Shown in pieces: positions 29,381 to 45,200 of a stretch of 64,000 nucleotides of DNA; the first letter of the stretch is position 1, and the number at the start of each line of letters is the position of its first letter. The notes under the pieces are model-generated. The model was not told the origin of the DNA. It made no database searches and saw only the letters and a list, made by a program, of their open reading frames with translations. The translations under genes and the position numbers were made by a program. The stretch spans positions 410,192,001 through 410,256,000 of the forward strand of contig OZ024741.1 in NCBI GenBank assembly GCA_964016885.1, written 5' to 3'. This stretch comes from Eledone cirrhosa. Its lineage: Eukaryota.

Positions 29381-29792
29381 AGTTGGGAATACGACAAATA
29401 ATAAATTAAAAAATAATTAGAAAAGGGTATAGATGTTTATAGCTGATTTAGAGCACTCAACAAGTTCCTGGAGCAAATGATCAATGAAAAAAAGCATTAA
29501 ATCACTGTATGTAATTATGCATATACATACACACATACATATGCATATATATATACATATATATACATACACACACACCCAAACACAACCACAGAAATAC
29601 ACACACACATGCATATACGTATATATATACACACACATAGGAAAAAGACTGACCCCACGGCAGAGCTCAAGCCGTTTCTGAGGCTATTATAAATATACAC
29701 ACAAAACCATTATATAAAAATACATATACACGCACAAATATACACACGCCCACACACACATTAAATCTATATATACACACATACATACACAC

Positions 29793-29841
<49 letters not shown>

Positions 29842-29936
29842 CACAAATACAACAGAAGTATATAATATACAATTATATATACATATACATATACATACAG
29901 ATAAATATAAACATACATATACACACATATACATAC

Positions 29937-30061
<125 letters not shown>

Positions 30062-31680
30062 CACACATATACGCAACACACACGCACACACACAAAAATA
30101 AATATCTAAAAATAAAAAAATTGGGTATGTGAAGGGTAAGGCAGAAAGTAGGGGGAAAAAGGGAAATAAATGACATAGGAAAAGGTTTAAATATAAGGGG
30201 AGATAAGGGAGAAAGAGAATACGAGAGTACAGAACGTGGATTCAGCAGGTAAAAAAACAAAAAAAACCGTAGGGGAAGTAAAGAGCAGAGAAGGAGTTCA
30301 AGGTGGTTGAGTTATCGTAGGAATGTCAATCCAGTTACAGATCAGATGTGATTTCAGGCGAGGACAACATCTGAAGATCTCAGTCTTTGAGTTCAGGCAA
30401 GCAGAAGTGGCTTTCAAGTTTTGTAAAAGCCTATATTTTTCCGTGGTACACAAAGAACAATTCTTAGTGCCCCTTTGGTACTCCCTCGAATGGTCTAAAA
30501 TAGACCAATCGATAGAGTACGGGATGTTTTTATCCTTGAATTCCGACACCTTACTTGCGAGGGCCGCTGCTGTTCTTTTATCGGAGTGCTTAAAAGAAGT
30601 GACATGTGCATAAAACCTGGTTTTAAACCTGTCCTGGATCATGCCAACATATCGCTCACTCCTGGCTGACTGGTTGTTGATTAAAGATGTCTCTTTGGCC
30701 TCATAAACAACGGATTTGGTGTTACATTTGCCCTGTAATGGGCATTCATCCGGCTTCCTGCAACTGCATCCTAGATTTGTTCTCGTACGATTTGAATTTG
30801 TGATCTTAGACTTCATTGATGGGCAACAAGAGTAACTGATCTTAACTACATTTCTATTAAATATCTTATAATATCTATGATTAGGAGGAAAATGCTTATC
30901 TAAGAGGTCAAGGAATTTCCTTCCTACATTAGTTTTGACAGTTAGAGAGAAGGGGGGTGTAAACCAAATAATTTTCCTTTTCCTATTATTGTGGTTAGTT
31001 TTAGGGGGGCGGGGGCGGGGTAGGTAAATAATTAATTTGTTCTGTAAATCCGCTGTTATTAAGGGCTTTATTATAATAAGGGGCGGCTTTATTATGTGAC
31101 GGTATTTTTATTATTATATTTTTTCTTATATTTATTTGTGTGTGAATATGTAGGTGTGTGTACATATTTCTATATTTGTGCATGCGTATGTATGCGTGCA
31201 TATATGTGTGTATGTATGTGTATGTATGTACGTGTGTATATACATATGATTGTGTGTATGTATGTATGTATGTGTATGTATATATGTATGTATATGTAGG
31301 TGTATATATATATGTGTATATATATGTATGTGTGTGTATGTATGTATATATATGTTTATGTATATATATATATATATATATGCATGTATATGTGTGTGTG
31401 TGTGTGTATGCACGTTTATGTATTTGTATGTATGTGTATGTATGGATATGTTGATAATAATGTGTATGTATGTATGTGTATATGTATGTGTATGTATATA
31501 TATATACATATATATGTGTGTGTGTGTGTGTGTGTATGTATGTGTGTATGTATATAATTGAGTGTGTGTGTGTTTGCATGTGTGTTTATTTTTCCTTTCC
31601 TTCTTCCTTTTCCAGCCTCAATTTCATATAGATTATATTTTTGTTTTTAAAATCCAATGCCAATAAATACACCAGGATTT

Positions 31681-31741
31681 TTTCATTCTGATGATTGAAA
31701 GCAAAATTTGTTTGCTTTTAAGAAACCACTGGTAAATGAAA
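31681..31741 (+). ncRNA. Hammerhead ribozyme, family E
   Basis: TTTCATT-CTGATGA-TTGAAAGCAAA.ATTTG.TTTGCTTTTAA-GAAA-CC.ACT.GG-TA-AATGAAA; 7-bp helix I and 11-bp helix II. Confidence 0.9.
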
Positions 31742-32404
31742 TAATTGCCTTATGTTGTTTATTACATAACTATATATATATATATACACAGAGATATCCA
31801 CAGTAAGTTGTGGGGTCTATTCTGCATGAAGAACTCAATGTAATCCATATGTTGAAAATGTTGTAGGTTAAAATAAATCCCGGAAAACAATAAAACATTA
31901 AAAGGAAAACAGAGTCATGATATAAGGTAAAACAATGAAATAAAAAATCAAGTCATTAGAAATATACTTCACTACTTTACGATCGTTTCTAGGTGATGAT
32001 AATACATCGTAACTATACTTCGATATCGATCTATGTAAGGTTAGTTACAAAATATCAGATAAAGAGAATGTTTACTTACATGCATATCACCAGCTGTTGT
32101 CAAAACCAATAATAATTTTATTCAAAATTACTAGTAAATTAGTATTATGTTTAGTTCTATGACCTTATTTGGAGGTAGTTGAAGAACTAACCAATCAGAT
32201 TGTTTTTTTTCCATATGATGTTAAGATGAAAAATAATTCACTTTAGTTGAGGTCATGACCCTTTGAAAGGAATGGTTGAATGGTGTTAATAATATAATTG
32301 CTATAAAGAATCTATTAGGAAGAAGGGGATTGTCAAATTGATAGTTGAGTGTATATGGTATAGTGAAGTTTAAAAGGAATGTAACAATTAATTGTTGAGT
32401 TGTG

Positions 32405-32780
<376 letters not shown>

Positions 32781-33403
32781 CGAGTATATGTGTATGAGTG
32801 TTTATATATGTGTATGCACATATATGTGTGTGTACATACATATATATATATGTGTGTATAGGTGTGTATATGTAAATGTATATATATATATATATAAATA
32901 TATGTGTATACGATTGTATGCACATGTGTAGATGTATGTATATGTTTGCATCTATTTATGTGTATGTATATTTTTAATTGCGTATCAATATAACTATACC
33001 TCTCTCTATAATGTGGGTATATGCACTTTGTGATCTATGAAATTTATGTGTTTTAACTATGTCAACATGTATTTATCTGAGTTTGATTGTTTATACATAG
33101 ACATACTTGAAAGTATTTTAAGGCGTATCATACGCTGTATTATACTAAGTACAATTTACCACATCGTACTATATTGTGTTACGTGTCTGTGTCTGTGTGT
33201 CTGTGTGTGTCTGTGTCTGTGTTTGTAGGATACTGTTTACTTACTAAAGCAACTGATATATACACAAACCCTTTTATACACATATAAAACACACATAGAC
33301 ACACATACACATATACACACACTCTCTTATATTCACACATACACATATACACATATACATACATAATCTCTCATATTCACACATACACATATACAGATAT
33401 ACA

Positions 33404-33590
33404 GTGGATTGGCAGTATCGGTAGAGGGTCGGACGCCATGCTTTGACGCAAAGAGTTACGGCCCTTTGTGGTCTGAGTTCAAATCCCGCCGAGGTTAACT
33501 TTGCCTTTCATCCTTACGGGGTCGATAAAATAAAGTACCAGTAATACACTGAGATAATTTCTGGCTTTGTGCCTAAAGTAGAAACAATTA
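33404..33590 (+). mobile_element. tRNA-derived SINE
   Basis: Same family as 1006-1378. Confidence 0.85.
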
Positions 33591-33605
33591 TATTATATTA
33601 TTGTA

Positions 33606-34947
33606 CTAGCAGCTGAGCCCGGTTGCACCCGGGGCCACTTTTTATTAAGTTAATAAATTGAAAAATATTATTGAAAGTTTATTATAAAGAAGCAGTTTCA
33701 GAAAAAAAAAATAGAAATATGCACTTGGGGCTGGACGGCGTACAATGAGAAGTGGAGCAACGTGAAAAGCGTTGTTTATTAACAGCGAAATAGCAATGTC
33801 GATGATATGCAATTTGAAAAATACTACTTACTGTTAGTGGTGGTTAACATGTATTAGAATTAAAATAAAAACATGCGTCCCTTCTTCGCAATTTAAGGGT
33901 TTGGCGATACTTGGTTTTAGTGTCCTAAATTATCATCATCGACATTCAATTATTAGCTCCACCCACTACACGATACGTCACGACACGTCATCAGCTGCTG
34001 CTGCGGCTTGATTTTTACATGTTCATTTTCTTACATGCTTCATTTTTACACGAAAAAACATTGAATTTTTAGAATAAATATTTATTAAAATATTAACAGA
34101 GAAAATTAGATTTTTGATTTATTTTTTGAACAAAATAAATATTTATTTACAGTTTTTCACAGAAAAACTATGCTTCATTTTTACATGAATATTTATTTAC
34201 AGTTTTTAACAGAAAAAAAATTGCTGCGAAATACATTTTTTTTTTAACACACGATACGTCACGAAGGTAAATGTTTCGAAAACAATTTAAACTGTATATC
34301 GCAACAATATATTGTTTAAACATTTTTTTTTCTGTTGTTTAAAACTGTAAATCTGTTAAAAAAAAGACGTATTTAACCGAAACACTATGCTTCATTTTTA
34401 CATGAATATTTATTTACATTTTTTAACAGAAAAATAATTGCTGCGAAATACATTTTTTTAAAAAACAGATTTACAGTTTTTAACAACAGAAAAAAGATTT
34501 CTTTAAACAATATATTGTTGCGATATAAAGTTTAAAATGTTTTCGAAACATTTACCTTCGTGACGTATCGTGTAGTGGGTGGAGCTAATAATTGAATGTC
34601 GATGATGATAATTTAGGACACTAAAACCAAGTATCGCCGAGGGTTTTATTTCTTTTGATGGAAAACAGTAACCGTACTGCAGAATCGATTTCATAAAACG
34701 GTACTGTATGATCGTTAAATGTAGAAGGATGATGAAATTGTAAATAAGACAAAAGTATTAGAACAGGGGGAAATAACTCACCGAACGCGATAGTTTTAGG
34801 GCCCCAGGGACCACATTTTTCAAGTTAGAGATTTGAAACCTCGTCTATTTGCTTCATTGGCACTTTTTACATATGTGTGTGAATTTTCATGAGAGTCCGA
34901 CCACATTTGAATTTCAACCACCGCCTATTTCACAAATATATATTAGA
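33606..34947 (-). mobile_element. Non-autonomous Helitron
   Basis: Minus strand starts A|TC at 34947 and ends CTAG|T at 33606, with a GC-rich hairpin CCCGG.GTGCAA.CCGGG ~12 nt from the end; no TSD. Confidence 0.75.
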
Positions 34948-34961
34948 TTACTATATTTCAT

Positions 34962-35142
34962 TGGCAGTGAATTGGCAGTATTGGTAGAGGGTCGTAGTTA
35001 TGTCGTAGTTACGTCCCTTTACGATCTGAGTTCAAATCCCGCCGAGGTTAACTTTGCCTTTCATCCTTACGGGGTCGATAAAATAAAGTACCAGTAATAC
35101 ACTGGGTATTTGCTGGCCTTGTGCAAAAAGTAGAAACAATTA
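34962..35142 (+). mobile_element. tRNA-derived SINE
   Basis: Same family as 1006-1378. Confidence 0.85.
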
Positions 35143-35705
35143 TCTTATTATAATTTTCATCTTTTAATATACTATCTTTCCTAGCCATGACATAGATTTA
35201 TATTCCCCTAAAAACTCCACACAACACAACTCAACAATTAATTTTTACATTCCTTTTAAACTTCACTATACCATATACACTCAACTATCAATTTGACAAT
35301 CCCCTTCTTCCTAATAGATTCTTTATAGCAATTATATTATTAACACCCTTCAACCATTCCTTTCAAAGGGTCATGACCTCAACTAAAGTGAATTATTTTT
35401 CATCTTAACATCATATGGAAAAAAAACAATCTGATTGGTTAGTTCTTCAGCTACCTCCAAATAAGGTCATAGAACTAAACATAATACTAATTTACTAGTA
35501 ATTTTGAATAAAATTATTATTGGTTTTGACAACAGCTGGTGATATGCATGTAAGTAAACATTCTCTTTATCTGATATTTTGTAACTAACCTTACATAGAT
35601 CGATATCGAAGTATAGTTACGATGTATTATCATCACCTAGAAACGATCGTAAAGTAGTGAAGTATATTTCTAATGACTTGATTTTTTATTTCATTGTTTT
35701 AACTT

Positions 35706-35758
<53 letters not shown>

Positions 35759-35771
35759 TATATATACACAC

Positions 35772-35844
<73 letters not shown>

Positions 35845-35846
<2 letters not shown>

Positions 35847-36056
35847 CCGTGTAGGTAACACGGTAAAAAGTTCCCAGTTCCACACTGTAAATGTGGTTGG
35901 TGTTAGGAAGGGCATCCAGCAGTAGAAAACCAGCCAGATAGTCCTATATGAGCGAGACACGGTCACCCAACCAACCTTGCCTGAAGTGGGACAACTCCCA
36001 TCTAACCCATGCTAGCGTGGAAAATGGACGTTAAACGAAGATGATGATGATGATGA
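35845..36056 (+). mobile_element. SINE with an RTE-type 3' tail (second copy at ~60927-61130, -)
   Basis: Ends GGAAAATGGACGTTAAACGAAGATGATGATG, similar to the RTE 3' end at ~53960-53985. Confidence 0.7.
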
Positions 36057-36689
36057 TATATGTCTACACACACACACAAATATACATATATATATGATGG
36101 TTGCCCCCTCGTTATCGAGTATGGCCATTACACGATATACCATTATTAATAATTATCAATTAATGCCATCGTGCAATGCCTGGACATGAGGATATTTTTT
36201 AAAGTGAGGGAAGACTGTGCACTGAGCCAATCCCACTCTCTGAGCGACAGTAGCTATAACCCGAAAAGAAGAAAAGATCAACATCATCGGTAACTACTGA
36301 GCCGCAGGTTTTATATCGGAGTTATCCCAGTTTCCTGAGTTGCCTTCTCCTAGAAGAATGCCCTGACAAAGGCTAGGGATCCTTCACTCCCAGTGGTTTA
36401 ACTGCGCGGTACATGTGTATATACATATTTACACACTTTTGGATGGCTGTTGACTCTTATGAGTTCTTCCGCCCTTTGTCAGGTTTTGTTTTTTGTCCTG
36501 AAGGGTGTCGAAAATCACCCTCCTCACCAAGTAAACTTGGTGGGGTTGCCGGTATAGTCGCCGACGACCCGACGATGTCGGGTCACTCTTGAGTGCTACT
36601 GGTAACATGTAACCCAGTACAACATACATACATACATACACACACACATACATACATACATAAAGCTGTTAGCAAAAAACGCCGATACC

Positions 36690-37440
36690 TGAAGAAGGTA
36701 GATGAAAGAAAAGTGCTTAATAAAAGATTCAGACGAAACCAAACATCAGTCTATAGAGATATGAAGGGCAAAATAATAAGTGTCACTGAGGCCCCATCCC
36801 AGAAAGACAGATTCTTTTTGGAGAAAAAATATGTGGTGAAAAGAAGAATTTAAGCCAAGATGCAGTGTGGTTAAAAGAAATCCGAAAGAATTATTGCTCC
36901 TACACTACAACAAAAACATACGAAATAAGTGAGGGTACCCTTGAGACTGTGATAGGAAAACTCCAAGATAAGAAAATATCAGGAAGAGACATGATCGTCG
37001 GCTACTGGTACAAAAAAACTGATATTCTATTGGCGGTATCTTACTGACCTCTACCAACAAGTTCTTAAGGGAGATACACTTATACCAGAATGGTTGACTA
37101 CCGACCCATTGCATGCCAGAACCTGATGTATAAGATGTATACAGCCTGCCTGAACCTATTCCTCCAAGATCACTGAAAATAATAACATCATCACAGATGA
37201 ACAAGCAGCTGGAAGGAAGAGGTTTGGAGATGTGCTGAACAACTCCTAATCAACAAAACTGCAATGTCGGAGGTGCGACAACTTAGGAGGAATATGGTTA
37301 CAGTCTGGCTGGACTACAGGAAAGCTTTCAATTCCAAGTAAACTTGGTGGGGTTACCGGTTTAGTCGCTGACGACCCGACCATGCGACAGGTTGTACTGG
37401 GTTACATGTTACCAGTATCACTCAAGAGTGACCCGACATA
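36690..37440 (+). pseudogene. R4/Dong-like non-LTR retrotransposon fragment with 3' tail
   Basis: Broken frames give GYWYK, IPEWLT, YRPIACQNLMYK, EQLLINK and VWLDYRKAFNS; flanked by (CATA)n. Confidence 0.65.
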
Positions 37441-39208
37441 ATACATACATACATACACATACATATATGAAACATATCCAAAATAATGTTTGGTAACACT
37501 TTCGAAAATTTATTTTCGTTTATTATCGAAAATAAGTTTTTGAAAAATCAAAAAAAAAAAAAAAATAAGAATGCAGGTCAAATATTCCGACTAAATATTT
37601 TGTCCAAATCTTCGAAAAACTACAAAAAGATTTCTAAAATTTTCGAAAGAATTTTGAAAAAAATCGTCGATAATGGTTTCTGGTAAAATATTTCTTAAAA
37701 TCTTTTTGTACAAGACAAGTTTATTCTCACACACACACACATACACATCTTCACCATCTCAGTAAAGTATTAGTGCTGGTGTTATGATAAAAATACACCC
37801 AGTCCACTCTGTATTGGATTCATAATAAAATGTTAAAGTGTTACCAATCTTTGCTATAAAGTGACTGGAATTAGGAAAAGCATCCAGCCATAGAAATCAT
37901 GCCCCAAATGGAATGTATGAGCAGAACATAGTCACAACATGACAGCTTGTCTCACCCATGCAAGCATGGGCTGCCTTCTCCATGGGTTACCGAGACCATG
38001 TCTACCCTTTCTAGTCTTAATTTAATCAGAATCTCTGCCCTTTGTTCAAAATTGGTGCAAAAAGTTTTCTCGAAGATGTGGGCTAAAAATTCCTTTGAAG
38101 AAATAACCAAAAATATTTTTCGAAAATTTCGCCAAATAATTTTCGGAAAAATTCAGACAAAAATTTCTTTAATATTGCCAAAAACATTATTTAAAACTTG
38201 GTGAAATTTTTTGCAAAAATTTGTTTTTTGAAAATTTAGATAACATTTTTTTTTTAATTAATTACATTTTTTTTCGATAATTTACCCATAATTTTTTTCC
38301 AGAATTTGGTCTAAAGTTTATTAAAAAATTGAGCCAAAAGTTCTATGTTGTTTAACCCTTTCATTTCAATATTTCTAATGAAAGACACTGTTCATGGTTT
38401 TTAATTAATTTTGAAAACAACAAGAAATTCTTTGCTACTGTATAAAATAATTAACTCTCTTATTATTAAGCTGGTGTTTGGAATGTAACTTAACGAAAGT
38501 TCTTACATAGAATTATGATGGAAAATTTTTAGATGATTACAAACACTAACCTTTTCATTGTGTATGTGTAGGGACCCATAACCCCTGTGAGAGTCTTAAG
38601 GGTACCATATTGAGATATAGCATTTCTTTGACATTTTTAAACCTGGCGTATCCCATCTCCTCTCCAGGCCTAAATACAGCAGACTTTGTCCGGAGAATGA
38701 CAGAGAACGTGAGGGAATGGAAGTGAGAAAGAGATATAGAGGAAGAATCGACCCAGTACTTGACTGGTACTTTTTTTTTATCGAACTCGAATGGATGAAA
38801 GGCAAAGTTGACCTCAGAACACTTTCATTACTATATTTCTAAAGATAGATACTACCTCTACCTTTCAGTTGGGGACAGTTGTTTCTGACAGGACCCTCAG
38901 AGAGGAATATACCTAAGATTCTCATTATTAAGTTGGTGTTTGGAATATAACTCCAATAAGAATAGAATTCTTATTGGAACCACCAATAATTGAAGGAACC
39001 ATAATACTCTTCAGGGGAAACTTTTAATAAATATTAAACTGCTCCTTAACCACTTCAGTGCCGTAGACGCAGCAACTCGTCCTAACATGTTTGAACTCTT
39101 TTCCAACAGTTCATACCTTCAAAGCTAGATGGCACTACTTGTTCATTGATGTCACATTTGTCAATCACTCAGATATGTGTTGTTAATAAATGTTTATTTA
39201 AAACCCAG

Positions 39209-42200
39209 CACAGCAACTGTAGCTGTATAAAATATACACAGCAGTCAACACAGCAACTGTAGCTGTGTAAAATATGCACAGCAGTCGACACAGCAACTGT
39301 AGCTGTGTAAAATATACGCAGCAGTCAACACAGCAACTGTAGCTGTGTAAAATATACACAGCAGTCAACACAGCAACTGTAGCTGTGTAAAATATGCACA
39401 GCAGTCGACACAGCAACTGTAGCTGTGTAAAATATACACAGCAGTCAACACAGCAACTGTAGCTGTGTAAAATATGCACAGCAGTCGACACAGCAACTGT
39501 AGCTGTGTAAAATATACGCAGCAGTCAACACAGCAACTGTAGCTGTGTAAAATATACGCAGCAGTCAACACAGCAACTGTAGCTGTGTAAAATATACGCA
39601 GCAGTCAACACAGCAACTGTAGCTGTGTAAAATATACGCAGCAATCAACACTGCAGCTGTAGCTGTGTAAAATATACACAGCAATCAACACTGCAGCTGT
39701 AGCTGTGTAAAATATACACAGCAGTCAACACAGCAACTGTAGCTGTGTAAAATATACACAGCAATCAACACTGCAGCTGTAGCTGTGTAAAATATACACA
39801 GCAATCAACACTGCAACTGTAGCTGTGTAAAATATACACAGCAGTCGACACAGCAACTGTAGATGTGTAAAATATACACAGCAATCAACACTGCAACTGT
39901 AGCTGTGTAAAATATACACAGCAATCAACACAGCAACTGTAGCTGTGTAAAATATACACAGCAATCAACACTGCAACTGTAGCTGTGTAAAGTATACACA
40001 GCAGTCAACACAGCAACTGTAGCTGTGTAAAATATACACAGCAATCAACACTGCAACTGTAGCTGTGTAAAGTATACACAGCAGTCAACACAGCAACTGT
40101 AGCTGTGTAAAATATACACAGCAGTCGACACAGCAACTGTAGATGTGTAAAATATACACAGCAATCAACACTGCAACTGTAGCTGTGTAAAATATACACA
40201 GCAATCAACACTGCAACTGTAGCTGTGTAAAATATACACAGCAATCAACACAGCAACTGTAGCTGTGTAAAATATACACAGCAGTCAACACAGCTACTGT
40301 AGCTGTGTAAAATATACGCAGCAATCAACACTCCAACTGTAGCTGTGTAAAATATACACAGCAGTCAACACAGCAACTGTAGCTGTGTAAAATATACACA
40401 GCAATCAACACTCCAACTGTAGCTGTGTAAAATATACACAGCAGTCAACACAGCAACTGTAGCTGTGTAAAATATACGCAGCAATCAACACTGCAACTGT
40501 AGCTGTGTAAAGTATACACAGCAGTCAACACAGCAACTGTAGCTGTGTAAAATATACGCAGCAATCAACACTGCAACTGTAGCTGTGTAAAATATACACA
40601 GCAGTCAACACAGCAACTGTAGCTGTGTAAAATATACGCAGCAATCAACACTGCAACTGTAGCTGTGTAAAATATACACAGCAATCAACACTGCAACTGT
40701 AGCTGTGTAAAATATACACAGCAGTCAACACAGCAACTGTAGCTGTGTAAAATATACGCAGCAGTCAACACAGCAACTGTAGCTGTGTAAAATATACGCA
40801 GCAATCAACTCTCCAACTGTAGCTGTGTAAAATATACACAGCAATCAACACTGCGACTGTAGCTGTGTAAAATATACACAGCAGTCAACACAGCAACTGT
40901 AGCTGTGTAAAATATACGCAGCAGTCAACACTGCAACTGTAGCTGTGTAAAATATACGCAGCAATCAACACTGCAACTGTAGCTGTGTAAAATATACACA
41001 GCAATCAACACTGCAACTGTAGCTGTGTAAAATATACACAGCAGTCAACACAGCAACTGTAGCTGTGTAAAATATACGCAGCAGTCAACACAGCAACTGT
41101 AGCTGTGTAAAATATACGCAGCAGTCAACACAGCAACTGTAGCTGTGTAAAATATACACAGCAGTCAACACATCAACTGTAGCTGTGTAAAATATACACA
41201 GCAGTCAACACAGAAACTGTAGCTGTGTAAAATATACACAGCAGTCAACACAGCAACTGTAGCTGTGTAAAATATACACAGCAGTCAACACTGCAACTGT
41301 AGCCGTGTAAAATATACACAGCAATCAACACTCCAACTGTAGCTGTGTAAAATATACGCAGCAGTCAACTCTCCAACTGTAGCTGTGTAAAATATACACA
41401 GCAACTGTAGCTGTGTAAAATATACACAGCAGTCAACACAGCAACTGTAGCTGTGTAAAATATACACAGCAGTCAACACAGCAACTGTAGCTGTATAAAA
41501 TATACACAGCAGTCAACACAGCAACTGTAGCTGTGTAAAATATACACAGCAGTCAACACAGCAACTGTAGCTGTGTAAAATATACACAGTAGTCAACACT
41601 GCAACTGTAGCTGTGTAAAATATACACAGCAGTCAACACAGCAACTGTATCTGTGTAAAATATACGCAACAGTCAACACTCTAACTGTAGCTGTGTAAAA
41701 TATACGCAGCAGTCAACACTCCAACTGTAGCTGTGTAAAATATACACAGCAGTCAACACTGCAACTGTAGCTGTGTAAAATATACACAGCAGTCAACTCT
41801 CCAACTGTAGCTGTGTAAAATATACACAGCAGTCAACACTCCAACTGTAGCTGTGTAAAATATACACAGCAGTCAACACTGCAACTGTAGCTGTGTAAAA
41901 TATACACAGCAGTCAACTCTCCAACTGTAGCTGTGTAAAATATACGCAGCAGTCAACACTGCAGCTGTAGCTGTGTAAAATATACGCAGCAGTCAACACT
42001 GCAACTGTAGCTGTGTAAAATATACACAGCAATCAACACTGCAACTGTAGCTGTGTAAAATATACACAGCAATCAACACTGCAGCTGTAGCTGTGTAAAA
42101 TATACACAGCAGTCAACACAGCAACTGTAGCTGTGTAAAATATACACAGCAATCAACACTGCAGCTGTAGCTGTGTAAAATATACACAGCAATCAACACT

Positions 42201-45200
42201 GCAACTGTAGCTGTGTAAAATATACACAGCAGTCGACACAGCAACTGTAGATGTGTAAAATATACACAGCAATCAACACTGCAACTGTAGCTGTGTAAAA
42301 TATACACAGCAATCAACACAGCAACTGTAGCTGTGTAAAATATACACAGCAATCAACACTGCAACTGTAGCTGTGTAAAGTATACACAGCAGTCAACACA
42401 GCAACTGTAGCTGTGTAAAATATACGCAGCAGTCAACACAGCAACTGTAGCTGTGTAAAATATACGCAGCAGTCAACACAGCAACTGTAGCTGTGTAAAA
42501 TATACGCAGCAATCAACACTGCAGCTGTAGCTGTGTAAAATATACACAGCAGTCAACACAGCAACTGTAGCTGTGTAAAATATACACAGCAATCAACACT
42601 GCAGCTGTAGCTGTGTAAAATATACACAGCAATCAACACTGCAACTGTAGCTGTGTAAAATATACACAGCAGTCGACACAGCAACTGTAGATGTGTAAAA
42701 TATACACAGCAATCAACACTGCAACTGTAGCTGTGTAAAATATACACAGCAATCAACACAGCAACTGTAGCTGTGTAAAATATACACAGCAATCAACACT
42801 GCAACTGTAGCTGTGTAAAGTATACACAGCAGTCAACACAGCAACTGTAGCTGTGTAAAATATACACAGCAATCAACACTGCAACTGTAGCTGTGTAAAG
42901 TATACACAGCAGTCAACACAGCAACTGTAGCTGTGTAAAATATACACAGCAGTCGACACAGCAACTGTAGATGTGTAAAATATACACAGCAATCAACACT
43001 GCAACTGTAGCTGTGTAAAATATACACAGCAATCAACACTGCAACTGTAGCTGTGTAAAATATACACAGCAATCAACACAGCAACTGTAGCTGTGTAAAA
43101 TATACACAGCAGTCAACACAGCTACTGTAGCTGTGTAAAATATACGCAGCAATCAACACTCCAACTGTAGCTGTGTAAAATATACACAGCAGTCAACACA
43201 GCAACTGTAGCTGTGTAAAATATACACAGCAATCAACACTCCAACTGTAGCTGTGTAAAATATACACAGCAGTCAACACAGCAACTGTAGCTGTGTAAAA
43301 TATACGCAGCAATCAACACTGCAACTGTAGCTGTGTAAAGTATACACAGCAGTCAACACAGCAACTGTAGCTGTGTAAAATATACGCAGCAATCAACACT
43401 GCAACTGTAGCTGTGTAAAATATACACAGCAGTCAACACAGCAACTGTAGCTGTGTAAAATATACGCAGCAATCAACACTGCAACTGTAGCTGTGTAAAA
43501 TATACACAGCAATCAACACTGCAACTGTAGCTGTGTAAAATATACACAGCAGTCAACACAGCAACTGTAGCTGTGTAAAATATACGCAGCAGTCAACACA
43601 GCAACTGTAGCTGTGTAAAATATACGCAGCAATCAACTCTCCAACTGTAGCTGTGTAAAATATACACAGCAATCAACACTGCAACTGTAGCTGTGTAAAA
43701 TATACACAGCAGTCAACACAGCAACTGTAGCTGTGTAAAATATACGCAGCAGTCAACACTGCAACTGTAGCTGTGTAAAATATACGCAGCAATCAACACT
43801 GCAACTGTAGCTGTGTAAAATATACACAGCAATCAACACTGCAACTGTAGCTGTGTAAAATATACACAGCAGTCAACACAGCAACTGTAGCTGTGTAAAA
43901 TATACGCAGCAGTCAACACAGCAACTGTAGCTGTGTAAAATATACGCAGCAGTCAACACAGCAACTGTAGCTGTGTAAAATATACACAGCAGTCAACACA
44001 TCAACTGTAGCTGTGTAAAATATACACAGCAGTCAACACAGAAACTGTAGCTGAGTAAAATATACACAGCAGTCAACACAGCAACTGTAGCTGTGTAAAA
44101 TATACACAGCAGTCAACACTGCAACTGTAGCCGTGTAAAATATACACAGCAATCAACACTCCAACTGTAGCTGTGTAAAATATACGCAGCAGTCAACTCT
44201 CCAACTGTAGCTGTGTAAAATATACACAGCAACTGTAGCTGTGTAAAATATACACAGCAGTCAACACAGCAACTGTAGCTGTGTAAAATATACACAGCAG
44301 TCAACACAGCAACTGTAGCTGTATAAAATATACACAGCAGTCAACACAGCAACTGTAGCTGTGTAAAATATACACAGCAGTCAACACAGCAACTGTAGCT
44401 GTGTAAAATATACACAGTAGTCAACACTGCAACTGTAGCTGTGTAAAATATACACACCAGTCAACACAGCAACTGTATCTGTGTAAAATATACGCAGCAG
44501 TCAACACTCTAACTGTAGCTGTGTAAAATATACGCAGCAGTCAACACTCCAACTGTAGCTGTGTAAAATATACACAGCAGTCAACACTGCAACTGTAGCT
44601 GTGTAAAATATACACAGCAGTCAACTCTCCAACTGTAGCTGTGTAAAATATACACAGCAGTCAACACTCCAACTGTAGCTGTGTAAAATATACACAGCAG
44701 TCAACACTGCAACTGTAGCTGTGTAAAATATACACAGCAGTCAACTCTCCAACTGTAGCTGTGTAAAATATACGCAGCAGTCAACACTGCAGCTGTAGCT
44801 GTGTAAAATATACGCAGCAGTCAACACAGCAACTGTAGCTGTGTAAAATATACACAGCAATCAACACTGCAACTGTAGCTGTGTAAAATATACACAGCAA
44901 TCAACACTGCAACTGTAGCTGTGTAAAATATACACAGCAATCAACACTGCAACTGTAGCTGTGTAAAATATACACAGTAATCAACACTGCAACTGTAGCT
45001 GTGTAAAATATACACAGCAATCAACACTGCAACTGTAGCTGTGTAAAATATACGCAGCAGTCAACACAGCAACTGTAGCTGTGTAAAATATACGCAGCAG
45101 TCAACACAGCAACTGTAGCTGTGTAAAATATACACAGCAGTCAACACATCAACTGTAGCTGTGTAAAATATACACAGCAGTCAACACAGAAACTGTAGCT

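Noticed and set aside
37480-38345. AT-rich region with many TTTTCGAAAA-like motifs in both orientations
   Set aside because: It may be a decayed foldback element, but I could not define arms or ends
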